In this document: positions 35,421-49,969 of the stretch, piece by piece | Layout: each line of letters starts with the position of its first letter | How positions within the stretch are numbered: position 1 is the stretch's first letter | NCBI RefSeq assembly: GCF_009914755.1 | Contig: NC_060933.1 | Origin: the human T2T-CHM13v2.0 reference genome, Homo sapiens | Strand: one strand, 5' to 3' | DNA length: 64,000 nucleotides | Position numbers and translations under genes: made by a program | Notes under the pieces: generated by a model | The model's input: only the letters and a program-made list of their open reading frames with translations | Database searches by the model: none | Told to the model about the DNA's origin: nothing

Positions 35421-35777
35421 TCATAAATCATCTGGTGGTAAGAAAACCAAAGCCATCATGTACCTCTAAAACTTCAACTCCAGCCTGGCCAACATAGTGA
35501 AACCCCATCTCTACAAAAAAAACTTTAAGAATTAGCTGGGCATGGTGACATGCCCCTGTAGTCCCAGCTACTCAGGAGGCTGAGGCAGGAAGATTGCTAC
35601 CACTGCATTCCAGCCTGGGTGACAGAGTGAGACCCTGTCTCTAAAATAAATAAATAAAAATTCAAATAACTCATTACTGCAACAGTAAATAAGGAAAGAT
35701 TCTATTTCTCCAAGAGCTAAGTCTGCTCCTATTCCCTTCATGATACTGGGCAAACTATCTGTATTTTTATGTTACCT

Positions 35778-35835
35778 ATCGCTTCTTGGCCTTTTGGCCA
35801 AGATCAAGTGTAGTATCTGTTCTTATCAGTTTAAT
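35778..35835 (+). pseudogene. 3'-truncated U2 snRNA retropseudogene (U2 nt 1-58)
   Basis: atcgcttcttggccttttggccaagatcaagtgtagtatctgttcttatcagtttaat = U2 5' end with 2 mismatches, includes GTAGTA branch-recognition sequence; TSD atgttacct 35769-35777 / 35834-35842; no poly(A). Confidence 0.95.
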
Positions 35836-36162
35836 GTTACCTGTCTCATGTCCCTTCTCCACAAAATAAAGAAATTTGAATGTTCTTTAAAGTCCTTCAG
35901 GTTCCAAATCTCTATAATTCTGTACAGTGTATCTGAATGTGTATAGTAGAAATGGGCAATATATTTTAGGAATAAAGAGAACCACAGATAAATACTTTGG
36001 CACAATTGCTTATACATATTGTCTGTATTTCCACGTTTGGCATAGAGAAGGAAATTGCTTACATTACTATATTTTATCTCCAAGAACCTAAAGTCTCTCT
36101 CCTTATAACTTTCCAAACCTTAATCTCAGAGGATAAACACTTTCTAAGAAAAAGATATAGTT

Positions 36163-36446
36163 GGCCGGGCGCGGTGGCTCACGCCTGTAATCCCAGCACT
36201 CTGGGAGGCCGAGGCAGGCAGATCATGAGGTCAAGAGATGGACACCAGCCTGGCCAATGTGGTGAAACCCCGTTTCTACTAAAAATACAAAAATTAGCTG
36301 GGTGTGGTGGTGCGGGCCTGTAGTCCCAGCTACTCAGGAGGCTGAGACAGGAGAATCACCTGAACCCAGCAAGCGGAGGTTGCAGTGAGCCAAGATCACA
36401 CCACTGCACTCCAACCTGCGTGACAGAGTGAGACTCCATCTCAAAA

Positions 36447-36504
<58 letters not shown>
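36163..36504 (+). mobile_element. AluS with A-tail extended by (TA)n microsatellite (36464-36504)
   Basis: Alu dimer, A-run, ~20 TA units; flanks atatagtt. Confidence 0.93.
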
Positions 36505-36508
<4 letters not shown>

Positions 36509-37059
36509 AGTCAATATTTAGCCAATAAGATCTTATAAAGTTTCTTAAATTTTGGTCTAAATACCTTAAACAGTTTAAATTTGTAAGTGTAAGTAACTGT
36601 TTTCAAATAAAAGCATGATAAAAAAAAAACACAAGCATTGGAAGATTCATTTCCAATGGCCTAGTCATCCAGTAAAATTTTTTAGCATCATAAGCTTTAT
36701 TTCCTGTCTGACATCCTCAGGGATCTAGTTTGACAGCTCCTCTGTACAATTTCTACTATAAGACTTCTCTGTCCTCTCTTGGCACATGTAAACTGCTGCT
36801 AGGTAATATTTCCTTTGGCAACAAATTATATACTTTATAGAAAGAGACCTTCAACTGAACCCTCACCACTCAAACCCACATTCTTCCCAAACATGTGAAT
36901 CTTAAACTAAGTCTTGTGTAACAAGTTGGACACATTTTATTACACTGAAATGTAAAATATTCATTAAATTCTCCCCACTAAAAGGAGGATTCAAGTTACA
37001 ATCTCTCTCAAAGAGAAATCAAAAATGGTTTTGCTAAATCATATGCTGAACTTGCATTA

Positions 37060-37363
<304 letters not shown>

Positions 37364-37476
37364 TGAGTTATTTTTCTTTCTTTCAATTGCCCTTGAATTA
37401 TAGGCAGATACATATTCTACTAGGTTTCAAGAAATGAAAACAAAATTAACTGTAATCTAGAAAAATAAATACAACA

Positions 37477-38125
<649 letters not shown>

Positions 38126-38144
38126 TTTTAAAATGAGTAAATAA

Positions 38145-39819
38145 GCTCCCTCTCCCCTCTCCCCTCTCCATCTCCCTCTCCCCACAGTCTCCCTCTCCCT
38201 CTCTTTCCACGGTCTCCCTCTGATGCCGAGCGGAAGCTGGACTGTACTGCTGCCGTCTCCACTCACTGCAACCTCCCTGCCTGATTCTCCTGTCTCAGCC
38301 TGCCGAACCCCTGCGATTGCAGGCGCGCGCCGCCATGCCTGACTGGTTTTCGTATTTTTTTGGTGGAGACGGGGTTTCGCTGTGTTGGCCGGGCTGGTCT
38401 CCAGCTCCTAACCGCGAGTGATCTGCCAGCCTGGGCCTCCCGAGGTGCCGGGATTGCAGACGGAGTCTCATTCACTCAGTGCTCAATGTTGCCCAGGCTG
38501 GAGTGCAGTGGCGTGATCTCAGCTCGCTACAACCTCCACCTCCCAGCCGCCTGCCTTGGCCTCCCAAAGTGCCGAGATTGCAGCCTCTGCCCAGCCGCCA
38601 CCCCGTCTGGGAAGTGAGGAGCGTCTCTGCCTGGCCGCCCATCATCTGGGATGTGAGGAGCCCCTCTGCCCAGCTGCCCAGTCTGGGAAGTGAGGAGCGC
38701 CTCTTCCCGGCCGCCATCCCGTCTAGGAAGTGAGGAGTGCCTCTTCCCAGCCACCATCCCATCTAGGAAGTGAGGAGCGTCTCTGCCTGGCCGCCCATCG
38801 TCTGAGATGTGGGGAGCGCCTCTGCCCCGCCGCCCCGTCTGGGATGTGAGGAGCGTCTCTGCCCGGCTGCGACCCCATCTGGGAGGTGAGGAGCGTCTCT
38901 GCCCAGCCGCCCCGTCTGAGAAGTGAGGAGCCCCTCCGCCCGGCAGCCGCCCCGTCTGAGAAGTGAGGAGCCCCTCCGCCCGGCAGCCGCCCCGTCTGAG
39001 AAGTGAGGAGCCCCTCCGCCCGGCAGCCGCCCCGTCAGAGAAGTGAGGAACCCCTCCGCCCGGCAGCCGCCCCGTCCAGGAAGTGAGGAGCGTCTCCGCC
39101 CGGCAGCCGCCCCGTCCGGGAGGTGGGGGGCGCCTCTGCCCGGCCGCCCCTTCTGGGAAGTGAGGAGCCAGCCCCTCTGCCCGGCCACCACCCCGTCTGG
39201 GAGGTGTACCCAACAGCTCACTGAGAACGGGCCATGATGACGATGGCGGTTTTGTCAAATGGAAAAGGGGGAAATGTGGGGAAAAGATAGAGAAATCAGG
39301 TTGTTGCTGTGTCTGTGTAGAAAGAAGTAGACATAGGAGACTCCATTTTGTTCTGTACTAAGAAAAATTCTTCTGCCCTGGGATGCTGTTGATCTATCAC
39401 CTTACCCCCAACCCGCTGCTCTCTGAAACATGTGCTGTGTCCACTCAGGGTTAAATGGATTAAGGGCAGTGCAAGATGTGCTTTCTTAAACAGATGCTTG
39501 AAGGCAGCATGCTCGTTAAGAGTCATCACCACTCCCTAATCTCAAGTACCCAGGGACACAAACACTGCGGAAGGCCGCAGGGTCCTCTGCCTAGGAAAAC
39601 CAGAGACCTTTGTTCACTTGTTTATCTGCTGACCTTCCCTCCACTATTGTCCTATGACCCTGCCAAATCCCCCTCTGCGAGAAACACCCAAGAATTATCA
39701 ATTTTAAAAAATAATAATAATAATAATAATAAAAGACAGGTCTCTGGTAACAGAGAAAGAGGAGCTTACATTTGTTATTAAAGTGCCATGTATTTAATAA
39801 AACACCAAACAATTTTAAA
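38145..39819 (+). mobile_element. SVA retrotransposon (older B/C-like) with 3' extension
   Basis: CCCTCT-type head 38146-~38185, antisense Alu-like domain, GC-rich VNTR ~38600-39205, SINE-R ~39205-39702, A-rich tract 39706-39734; TSD aaaatgagtaaataa 38130-38144 / 39820-39834. Confidence 0.97.
38600..39205 (+). repeat. SVA VNTR (~37-40 bp units)
   Basis: Tandem gccgccccgtctgagaagtgaggagcccctccgcccggca. Confidence 0.95.
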
Positions 39820-39986
39820 AAAATGAGTAAATAATTTAAAGAACTATACTTTCAATTCACCATTCCCACCTTTTTATTCAATACATACCCTAACATATCT
39901 TTCCCTTATCAGTAACCCATTACTACAGAAGTAAAATGTGTTATTGACTGACAAAGCCCAAATGAACTACTGAAGCAACTACTTAA

Positions 39987-40374
<388 letters not shown>

Positions 40375-40804
40375 TAAGACTCAGATGATAGGAAGTTTTA
40401 GTAAATACAGAATCTACCCACTAGTTGATATTCTAGTAGAGAGGATAAAAGAGTTTACAAATTTAAACATACGTATTATGTTGGTATGACACCATTTGAA
40501 AAAGTTTAAGATTGGAAAGTTTATTCATTATAAGATGTATGACCTTGAACAGATCATTTGTCTTCATAGAAAAACACAGCTGACCAAAACCGAAACAAGT
40601 GCAAATGGAAAACCTAAACAATCCTATATCTGTTAGAGAAGTAGATCTGTAATTAAACAGTGGTCCAAATGTGAGACTATGTTTCTAAAACACAATTTTA
40701 AAAATTAGCTGGGGATGGTGGCACACACCTATAATCCCAGCTATTCAAGAGACTGAGGTGGGAGGATCACTTGAGGCCAGGAGTTCAAGACCAGCCTGGA
40801 CGAC

Positions 40805-41158
40805 TGATATGGTTTGCATCTGTATCCCTGACCAAATCTCATGTTGAACAGCAATCCCCAATGTTGGAGGTGGAGTCTGGTGGGAGGGAATTGGATCATG
40901 GGGGTAGTTCCTCATGATTTCAATTGGCAATAGTGAGTTCTCGTGAGATCTGGTTGCCTCCCCACTCTCTTGCTCCTGCTCCAGCCATGTAAGACCTGCC
41001 TGCTTCTCCTTCACCTTCCACCATGAGGCCTCCACAGAAGCAGAAGCTGCTGTGCTTCCTGTTCTGCCTGTAGAACTGTGAGCCAATTAAGCCTATTTCT
41101 TTACAAATTTACCCAGTCTCAGTTATTTCTATATAGCAGTATGAGAATGGACTAATAT
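40805..41158 (+). mobile_element. MST (MSTB-like) solo LTR abutting a FLAM/AluJ monomer (40705-40804)
   Basis: tgatatggtttgcatctgtatccc...gagaatggactaatat. Confidence 0.88.
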
Positions 41159-41302
41159 GGTTCTGCTCCTGCCATTTAAGAGGCCTGCTCCCGCTTTGCC
41201 TCCACCATGAGTAAAAGCGCCCTGAGGCCTCCCCAGAAGCAGATGCTGCCATGCTTCCTGAACAGCCTGTGGAACCGTGAACCAATTAAACCGCTTCTCT
41301 TT
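41159..41302 (+). mobile_element. Second partial MST LTR
   Basis: ctgaggcctccccagaagcagatgctgccatgcttcctg...ccaattaaacc. Confidence 0.8.
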
Positions 41303-41694
41303 AAAAAAGAACACCAGTATTATGCAAACTTTTCTAGAGAAAAAGAGAGAACATTTCCCACCCACTATAACCTTGGATAACCATTTATAAGGAAAATCTT
41401 GATGTCCAAACCTGAAGAAGGGCAGTGTATGTACAAAATATAGATGTAAAAATCTTAAAACACATATGAGTAAATTGAATTCAGCAATATGTTAAAAAAG
41501 GATCGTGACTAAGTTGGGTTTGTTCCAGAAATTTAAGGTTGGTTTAACATTTAAAAAAAAAATCAATCAAATTAATTCAACACATTAGAAGGAAAAAAAG
41601 AGAAAGAAAAAAAATCATATGATCTTCTCAATAGATACAGAAAAAGCATTTGATAAAATTAAACATCCATTCAGAATTTTTTAAAAAGACCTCA

Positions 41695-42780
41695 AAGACT
41701 TCTACTTCTATCCAAGGTATAGTAACGGGGACTAGATTTACCCTCCTATCTGGAAAAAAAGGAAGAAAGCAGATGAAATAGAGTAAATCAAGCTTGTCCA
41801 ACCCATGGCCCATGAACCACACGCAACCCAGGATGGCTTTGAATGTGGCCCAACACAAATTCGCAAACTTCCTTAAAACATTATGAGACTTTTTTTGTGA
41901 AAATTTTTTTTTTTTTTTAGTCCATCAGCTATCATTAGTGTTAGTGTATTTTATATGTGGCCCAAGACAACTGTTCTTCTTCCAGTGTGGCCCAGGGAAG
42001 CCAAAGATTGTACATCCCTGGACTAAATAGTGGTTTTCAAGACATTGGACATTAGGCAGCAAGGACAGTGATCTCTGAGGACAAAAGAAGGGAGGGCCTA
42101 CAACTACCCCAGCTGACTGCCTTGAGAGCATTTCTAGGATGTAGCGCAGGGAAGAGGAACTCAGGCAGAGGCCCTGAGTTAAAAAGATGGAGCTGAGTGT
42201 CTAGAGACGCTAAGGCATCTAGAGTGCACAGGACAGAATGCTGTAGAGGAGAAAGCTGCACAGAGAGAAAATATTAGAGATCTAGGGAGAGTTTCTCTCA
42301 AGTATTCCGCCAAGTACTGATAAGCCCATGTGTAGAAGAAAACTACCAGAGAGGAAAGAATCATCTGAGAGGATTAGAGGGAACAGTGCCTGGAAGCCTG
42401 GAACTCACACACAAGCGATAATAGTGCCTGTTCCCACCAGCCAGACTTGAAAAACCTTATAATTCCCTGGTATGGCATTCAGAAGGGTCATGTCACATTA
42501 GTACAGTTATATGCCCTAGTGATGACAGCCCTAAACGGTGATCTGATCCACCTAACAAAGCTTAAAAGTATGACCTTAAAGAACAGAAATATTTCCAAAT
42601 AATTTAACTGCGTGCCAAGAAAAGTCTCAAGAAATTTATAAAAAAGAAAAAAAACTCAAGTATCTTTACAATGTCTACTATCTACTCAAAGATAACCAGA
42701 CACGGAAAGAAGAAAATATAAGAAAAATCAACCAATCAAAACCAACCCAGAACAGGACTGACATTAACATAGTTATTATA
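41695..42780 (+). mobile_element. L1M 5'-region remnant (L1MC/MD-type)
   Basis: acttctacttctatccaaggtatagtaacggggactagatttaccctcc start; similarity recalled, not computed. Confidence 0.6.
41789..42020 (-). mobile_element. MER30 (hAT-Charlie), full length
   Basis: caagcttgtccaac...agattgtacatccctg; 8-bp TSD gagtaaat/gactaaat. Confidence 0.92.
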
Positions 42781-42784
42781 ACTA

Positions 42785-42880
42785 TAGGGGCAAGTAAACT
42801 CTTCTTGTAACCGGCCAGATAATAAATATTTTAAGCTTTGTGAGCCATATAGTCTCTGTCATAACCGCAACACTGCTGTT
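42785..42880. mobile_element. MER58-type fragment
   Basis: ggccagataataaatattttaagctttgtgagccatatagtctctgtc. Confidence 0.75.
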
Positions 42881-42889
42881 AGGAAAAGT

Positions 42890-43920
42890 CTTAAACAGGC
42901 TTGTCACATGACAAACAGGATATATAAATAACCAATAAACATATACAATGGTGTCTGATGTCATCAATCATCACAGGAATGCAAATTAAAACCACATTGT
43001 GCCCCAGTAGCAACAAACACACCTAACACCTAGCTCTTGGCTTCTAATACCATTCTCCAATAAAAGGAATCAGGGATCCTTGGAGAAATATCTGATTCTA
43101 TGACTGAGGAAATATACAAGATGAACCTGGAGCATCTTGTAGTGCCAGAAAGGGAAGGAAATACTTAAAAAACAAACAAAATCAAACAAAGCCATCATGA
43201 CAATGGTATGTCAAAGGGACTTATCAGCCAACTGAAAAGAGCTCCCAATGACCAAAGCTAGAACAATCTGAGCAAGAAAATAAAGTAGTACTGGATTATA
43301 AACCAAAGCATGAAACAAATATCCATGAGTCCAATTACATAAATATATGACTGAATACACAGACAAATCTTAAATGAAGAAAAACTTATTTATGTAGGTA
43401 TTTTATCTTCAAGGAAGTGGAACACAACCTTCACTCTTTAAGTGTGCACTGTGCAATGACTTCCTTCCAAAGAGTACAGTATGAAAAGCGTGAATAAAGT
43501 AGTAACTTAACAATGAAGAAATTTGACAAGCCCTATCTTAGCCAGGTAATCAAGTTTACAGTCAACAGAAATAAGTCATGCAGAACAGCATGTACCCTTG
43601 ATACAATGTGATGAGAAATGCATTTTACCTGTGATTTTCCTCCCTAAAAATCCAATCTAATCATGAGAAAAACATCACACAAATCCCAGTTGAGACATTC
43701 TACAAAATATTTGACCAATGCCCCTCAAAATTTTCAAAGTCATCAAATATAAGAGAGGTCTGAGAAACTGTAACTGGCAAGAGGACCCTGAGGAAATGCG
43801 ATGACTAACTGTAATGTGGTATCCTGGGTGCAACAGAAAAAGGATATTAGGTAAAGACTAAAGAAAGTAGAAAAAATTATGAATTTCAGTTAAAAATTTT
43901 AAAAAGTAAATGCAATATAT
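42890..43920 (+). mobile_element. L1MC/MD 3' region
   Basis: ggaatgcaaattaaaaccaca; ccattctccaataaaaggaatcaggg; aatctaatcatgagaaaaacatca; taactgtaatgtggtatcctgg. Confidence 0.75.
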
Positions 43921-44024
43921 ATAATCATAATGCATAAAATATATAATCATAACACCTCTTGTGTTATATGATCATTATAAAAGTGGAAAATCCAGAAAGT
44001 ATAAAGATTTTTTTTTTTTTTTTT

Positions 44025-44318
<294 letters not shown>

Positions 44319-44377
44319 ATTTTTTTAATTATCCAAAATTTCACTCTCTGGAGGTAACTATGATTAATATTCCAAGG

Positions 44378-44745
44378 CAATGGTTCCCAAACTGTGTGCT
44401 CAGGTGCCTTGGGGTATCACATCAAATTCACAAGGATGCTGCAAAATATTTTAAATTTTCAAGGTAAATACGGTGACATCTGTCGGATACTATGCAAACT
44501 ACAAGTTCTAGCTAATTCAACTTTAACATAAGGTCACTCAACATTCCTTTCAATAATGTCACATCTTGGTGAAGCTGGTTGTTAGTAGTCGCTGGCATAA
44601 AAAATAAATGCTATGTGAAAATTGTATGGTACAGGAAAAGAGCTGATGGTGTATAATGATTCTAAGGTTTGAGAAGTTGTACAATACCCAACATACACAC
44701 CACTAGTAATTACAGTTATTGAAGAATGAAATAAAGTTTTTTCCT
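44378..44745. mobile_element. Charlie4a-like hAT DNA transposon fragment
   Basis: caatggttcccaaactgtgtg TIR; gacatctgtcggatac; ggtttgagaagttgt. Confidence 0.7.
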
Positions 44746-44948
44746 TAAAAAAAAATTATACATCTAGTATAATGGCTAAATTTTTAAAATACCAAGTGCT
44801 GGCAAGGAAAGAAACTGGAATTCTCACTGAAGTACCTGATGGGAGCATAAACTGGTACAACCATTTCAGAAAACAACTGTCCATATTTAGTTGACAAATG
44901 CCCATTTTATATGACCTAGAATTTCTTTAGCTATATAACCTGAAGGAC

Positions 44949-45797
<849 letters not shown>

Positions 45798-46256
45798 TTA
45801 TTTAGACACAAACCAACTGCCCACAGATAGAATAAACAGTGACATAGTCATGTAACTGAATACCATGTAACAGTTTAAATGGAGTATATCAATATGCATC
45901 AACACAAATGAATCTCAAACTCCTAATGTTGAATGAATAAAGCAAACTAAAGAATACATACAGTATCATTTCATGAATATAAAATTTAACAAATCTGAAA
46001 CTAAAAAATCAATTTACAGTTATAGTCATATCCAGTCACTTAAATAATATAGTTATATTCATGTTGTAAAATTATGAAAAAAATGCAAATGAATAAAAAT
46101 AATTTATTCTTCCAATAGGAGAGGGAAGGAGGCAAATGCCATAGAAAAGAGGAATATGAGGGAATTTCAAGGTATTGACAGTACACTATTTTTTAAGTTG
46201 ACCAGTGAGAACAAAGACATTTATTTGTAATTCTTCTTTAAAGTACACATATGTTG

Positions 46257-46537
<281 letters not shown>

Positions 46538-47277
46538 TAATTTAAAAAAAAAGTATACATGTTATATATGCTTTTGTGTATATATTAGAATTAACTTTAA
46601 AATATTAAAAGTATTATTTATTCAACAAAGAATTTGTTGAACATCTACTATGTTCCACTATTTTCTGTGCTTTATCAACAAAGAAATATCCCTGCCCTCA
46701 CAGGGCTTGTATTTGAGCAGAGGAAGGAAGACAGAAAGCAAAATCTAGAATGAATAAACGAGGGGAAAAGAATATATACACACAAACTTTTTTATTTAAA
46801 AAATAAGAAGTAGAACAGAAAAAGGGATACCAGGAATATAGGATAGACTATAACATGAAACAGTCACTGAATTTATTTTAAGATGTTTAAATTTTTTATT
46901 ACAAGTAAAATTTTATTACAAATAAAAACTCTAGGTTTTTACCAGTTTATAAGAACTAGGAAAAAAATCTAGGAGACAAAACCCACCAATAATATATTAA
47001 GAGAAAACCATTTTCTGCTTTCAGTAACCTTAAGAATGTCAAATAGACTCTCCATCAGAAGCCTTCAGAATGTTAACCAAAAAAAAGTACCTGACCTATC
47101 TAGATGCTTTAAAAATATCTGTTGAAAAAATCATTGTTTTCTCTTGAAAATCTGTCCTAATTATCCCATTTTTTGAGCTAGTATTTTCCATAAAATAAAA
47201 ATTTTAAGAATAATTTATGAAAATAAAGAATGTCTGAACTCTCATTTACCCTTTCACTTATCATATTTATTCTTTAC

Positions 47278-47316
47278 CTGGTGTCAATTTTCAAACACAT
47301 CAATGTATCTGACACG
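47278..47316 (-). other. Candidate 39-nt internal exon of an unidentified minus-strand gene
   Basis: Minus strand: ~45-nt AG-free pyrimidine tract ...tattcctttatcctttgcag | cgtgtcagatacattgatgtgtttgaaaattgacaccag | gtaaag, in non-repeat DNA. Confidence 0.5.
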
Positions 47317-47740
47317 CTGCAAAGGATAAAGGAATATGAAACATAAGAGAATAAAGAAAAATCTGAGGCCTGCAGGAATTCTATGCTGACTGAATTAAAT
47401 AATACATTCCTACACACCTGAAGAGGTTTTTTTTCACTCAGTAACATTTCATTAACTACTTATCCATCATCTCCTCTGAAGTATGTGGCTTGTCTGTTAT
47501 CCAATGAAGTAACATCACTTACATTTCAGCCTTTAAATCTTGCATATAAGACACATGCAATAGCATAAACTACCTAGAAACAAAATTTTCATTCTTATTA
47601 GTCTTATATTCTTTCATACTGAAAAGCAAAAACGTACCTAGGTTACTGAAAACAACTCCTTTTACCTGATTACCTCAATCATTATAGAGGAATGCCTGAT
47701 AAAATTACACTACCTCAGTTTTAGAAGCCTGAGGAACTTT

Positions 47741-48033
47741 GGCTCACGCCTGTAATTCCAGCACTTTGGGAGGCTGAGGTGGGTAGATCACCTGAGGTCA
47801 GGAGTTCGAGACCAGCCTGGCCAACATGGTGAAACCCTATCTCTACTAAAACTACAAAAATTAGCTGGGCATGATGGTGCGTGCCTGTAGTCCCAGCTAC
47901 TCAGGAGGGTGAGACAGGAGAAATGCTTGTGCCTGGGAGGCAGAGGCTGCAGTGAGCCGAGATCACACCACTGCACTCCAGTCTGGGCGACAGAGTGAGA
48001 CTCCATCTCAAAAAAAAAAAAAAAAAAAAAAAA
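47741..48033 (+). mobile_element. AluS
   Basis: Slightly 5'-truncated; TSD aagc(c/t)tgaggaactttg. Confidence 0.93.
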
Positions 48034-48559
48034 GCTTGAGGAACTTTGAAGCATTTGAAACCAGAAGACCTCCTTATCATGGGCTGCTTTCATTTATTTT
48101 ATGGGACTTCAATAAACCCTCACAGGAAATTATCTCTACCAAGTTTTGTTTTTCTGAATAATTTCAATGTCACTAGTCAGTAATAGCAAAAATTTTACAG
48201 AGCAAAACAAAACTGTTTTGTCTTGACTGTGCCACTTCCTAGCTGTGTTACTTTGGGTCAATCACTTTAATTTCCTAAGTCTCAGTTTCTCTTTCTAAAT
48301 GTGAATAATGCCCCCATCTTCTAATGAGGTAATATATAAACCTTATCCCCTAATAAGCACTAGCACTCTGCGAAAAAAGTTATCCTCTCTTGGACTCCTC
48401 CTTCCATTTGGTTTAGTGCCTGCTACCTGTAATCAACTAATCACTAAACAATTAAAAATTGATTTAAAAAACACATAGTGAACTAAACACTTAAAATCTA
48501 CACATTATATGTAAAATATTAATACATTTAAAAGGCTTGTTAAAAAATAAACATAGTGG

Positions 48560-48882
48560 AGCCAAGCATGGTGGCTCACTTCTGTAATCCCAACATTCTG
48601 TAATCCCAACATTTTGAGAGGCCAGCACAGGAGGATCATTTGAGGCCAAGAGTTCAAGACAAACCTCAGAAACACAGCAAGTCCACAACTCTAAAAAATA
48701 AAAATAAAAAAATTAACCAGGCATGGTGGCATGCACCTGTAGTCCCAGCTACTTGGAAGACAGAGGTAGGAGATCTCTTGACCCCAAGAGTTTAGGACTA
48801 CAGTGAGCTATGATCCTGCCACTGCATTCCAGCCTGGGAGACAGAGACCCTGTCTCAATAAATAAATAAATAAATAAATAAA
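48560..48882 (+). mobile_element. AluJ with (TAAA)n tail
   Basis: Alu dimer; 15-bp internal duplication ctgtaatcccaacatt. Confidence 0.9.
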
Positions 48883-48909
48883 GCATAATGACAACAGGTA
48901 ATACAGTTC

Positions 48910-49333
48910 ACATGTGTAGAATGTGCAGGTTTGTTACACAGGTATACATGTTCCTTGGTGGTTTGCTGCACCTATCAACCCGTCATTTAGGTTTTAAGCC
49001 CCGTATACATTAGCTATTTGTGTCCTGATGCTCTTCGTCCCCTCACCACCCCCACCCCACATGGCCTCGATGAGTGTTGTTCCCTTCCCTGTGTCCATGT
49101 GTTCTCCTTGTTCAGCTCCCACTTATGAGTGAGAACATGCAGTGTTCGGTTTTCTGTTCCTGTGTTAGTCTGCTGAGGATGATGGCTTCCAGCTTTATCC
49201 ATGTCCCTGCAAAGGACATGATCTCACTCCTTTTTATGGATGCATAGTATTCCATGGTGTATATGCACCACATTTTCTTTATCCAGTCTATCATTGATGG
49301 GCATTTGAACTGGTTCCATGTCTTTGCTATTGT
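48910..49333 (-). mobile_element. L1PA (older primate) 3' end fragment
   Basis: gtgcaggtttgttacacaggtatacatg...cagctcccacttatgagtgagaacatgc; ORF 49112-49294 translates as L1 ORF2 C-terminus (DWIKKMW.IYTMEYY). Confidence 0.92.
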
Positions 49334-49969
49334 ATCACTGCCTAATCACTTACTATCAAAAAGTCCAGGCTGGGTGTGGTGGCACACACCTGTAATCCCA
49401 GCACTTTGAGAGGCCAAGGCAGGAGGATTACCTAAGCCCACAAATTGAAGACCAGCCTGGGCAACATGACAAGACCAAGATCCCATCTCTATTGTTGGCG
49501 GGGGATGGGGGAGCAGTAGTAATGAACAGCCAATATTTTGTGGCAGGTAATATCATTGAAGTCTCAAAGCAAACCCATGAAGTACATACCATTTTATAGA
49601 TCAACTGATTTACAAAGAGGATACTGCCTTCACGGTCACACATGTGGTCTGAATCATTCCGAAGTCACTGCTTATTAACATGCACACAACCTTCTAAACT
49701 AGAAGTACATGAAAATGGAGTTATCTAGGCAGCAATATTGTTGTCCAATATTTGATTTCTTGTTTTGTACTGCTCTTTAGTTAAAAAAAATAATAATTTA
49801 ATAAATATGTAAAATGAAAGACAGTGAAATAACAATCTATAAAGGAAGGGGACACATAATCCATATTTCTTCTCTTATAAAACTAACAGTGCTCCTGAAG
49901 GTAGAAATACATCTTGTTCTTGTTCTTACAGTTCAACGTATAGTATGATCTCTAAACTCCGGCAAAATG

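Larger units (their letters stand above)
40560..41685 (+). mobile_element. Old L1M ORF2 (RT-region) remnant, interrupted by FLAM and MST LTRs
   Basis: aaaatcatatgatcttctcaatagatacagaaaaagcatttgataaaatt corresponds to the ORF2 (N)HMI.SIDAEKAFDKI motif. Confidence 0.8.

Noticed and set aside
35778-35835. Functional U2 snRNA gene
   Set aside because: Only the first 58 nt; no Sm site or 3' stem-loops, and it is flanked by a TSD.
38263-39781. 243-aa and 152-aa ORFs and CpG-rich stretch resembling a CpG-island gene
   Set aside because: They lie within the SVA Alu-like/VNTR/SINE-R domains; long ORFs and CpG density are expected from the GC-rich tandem repeat.
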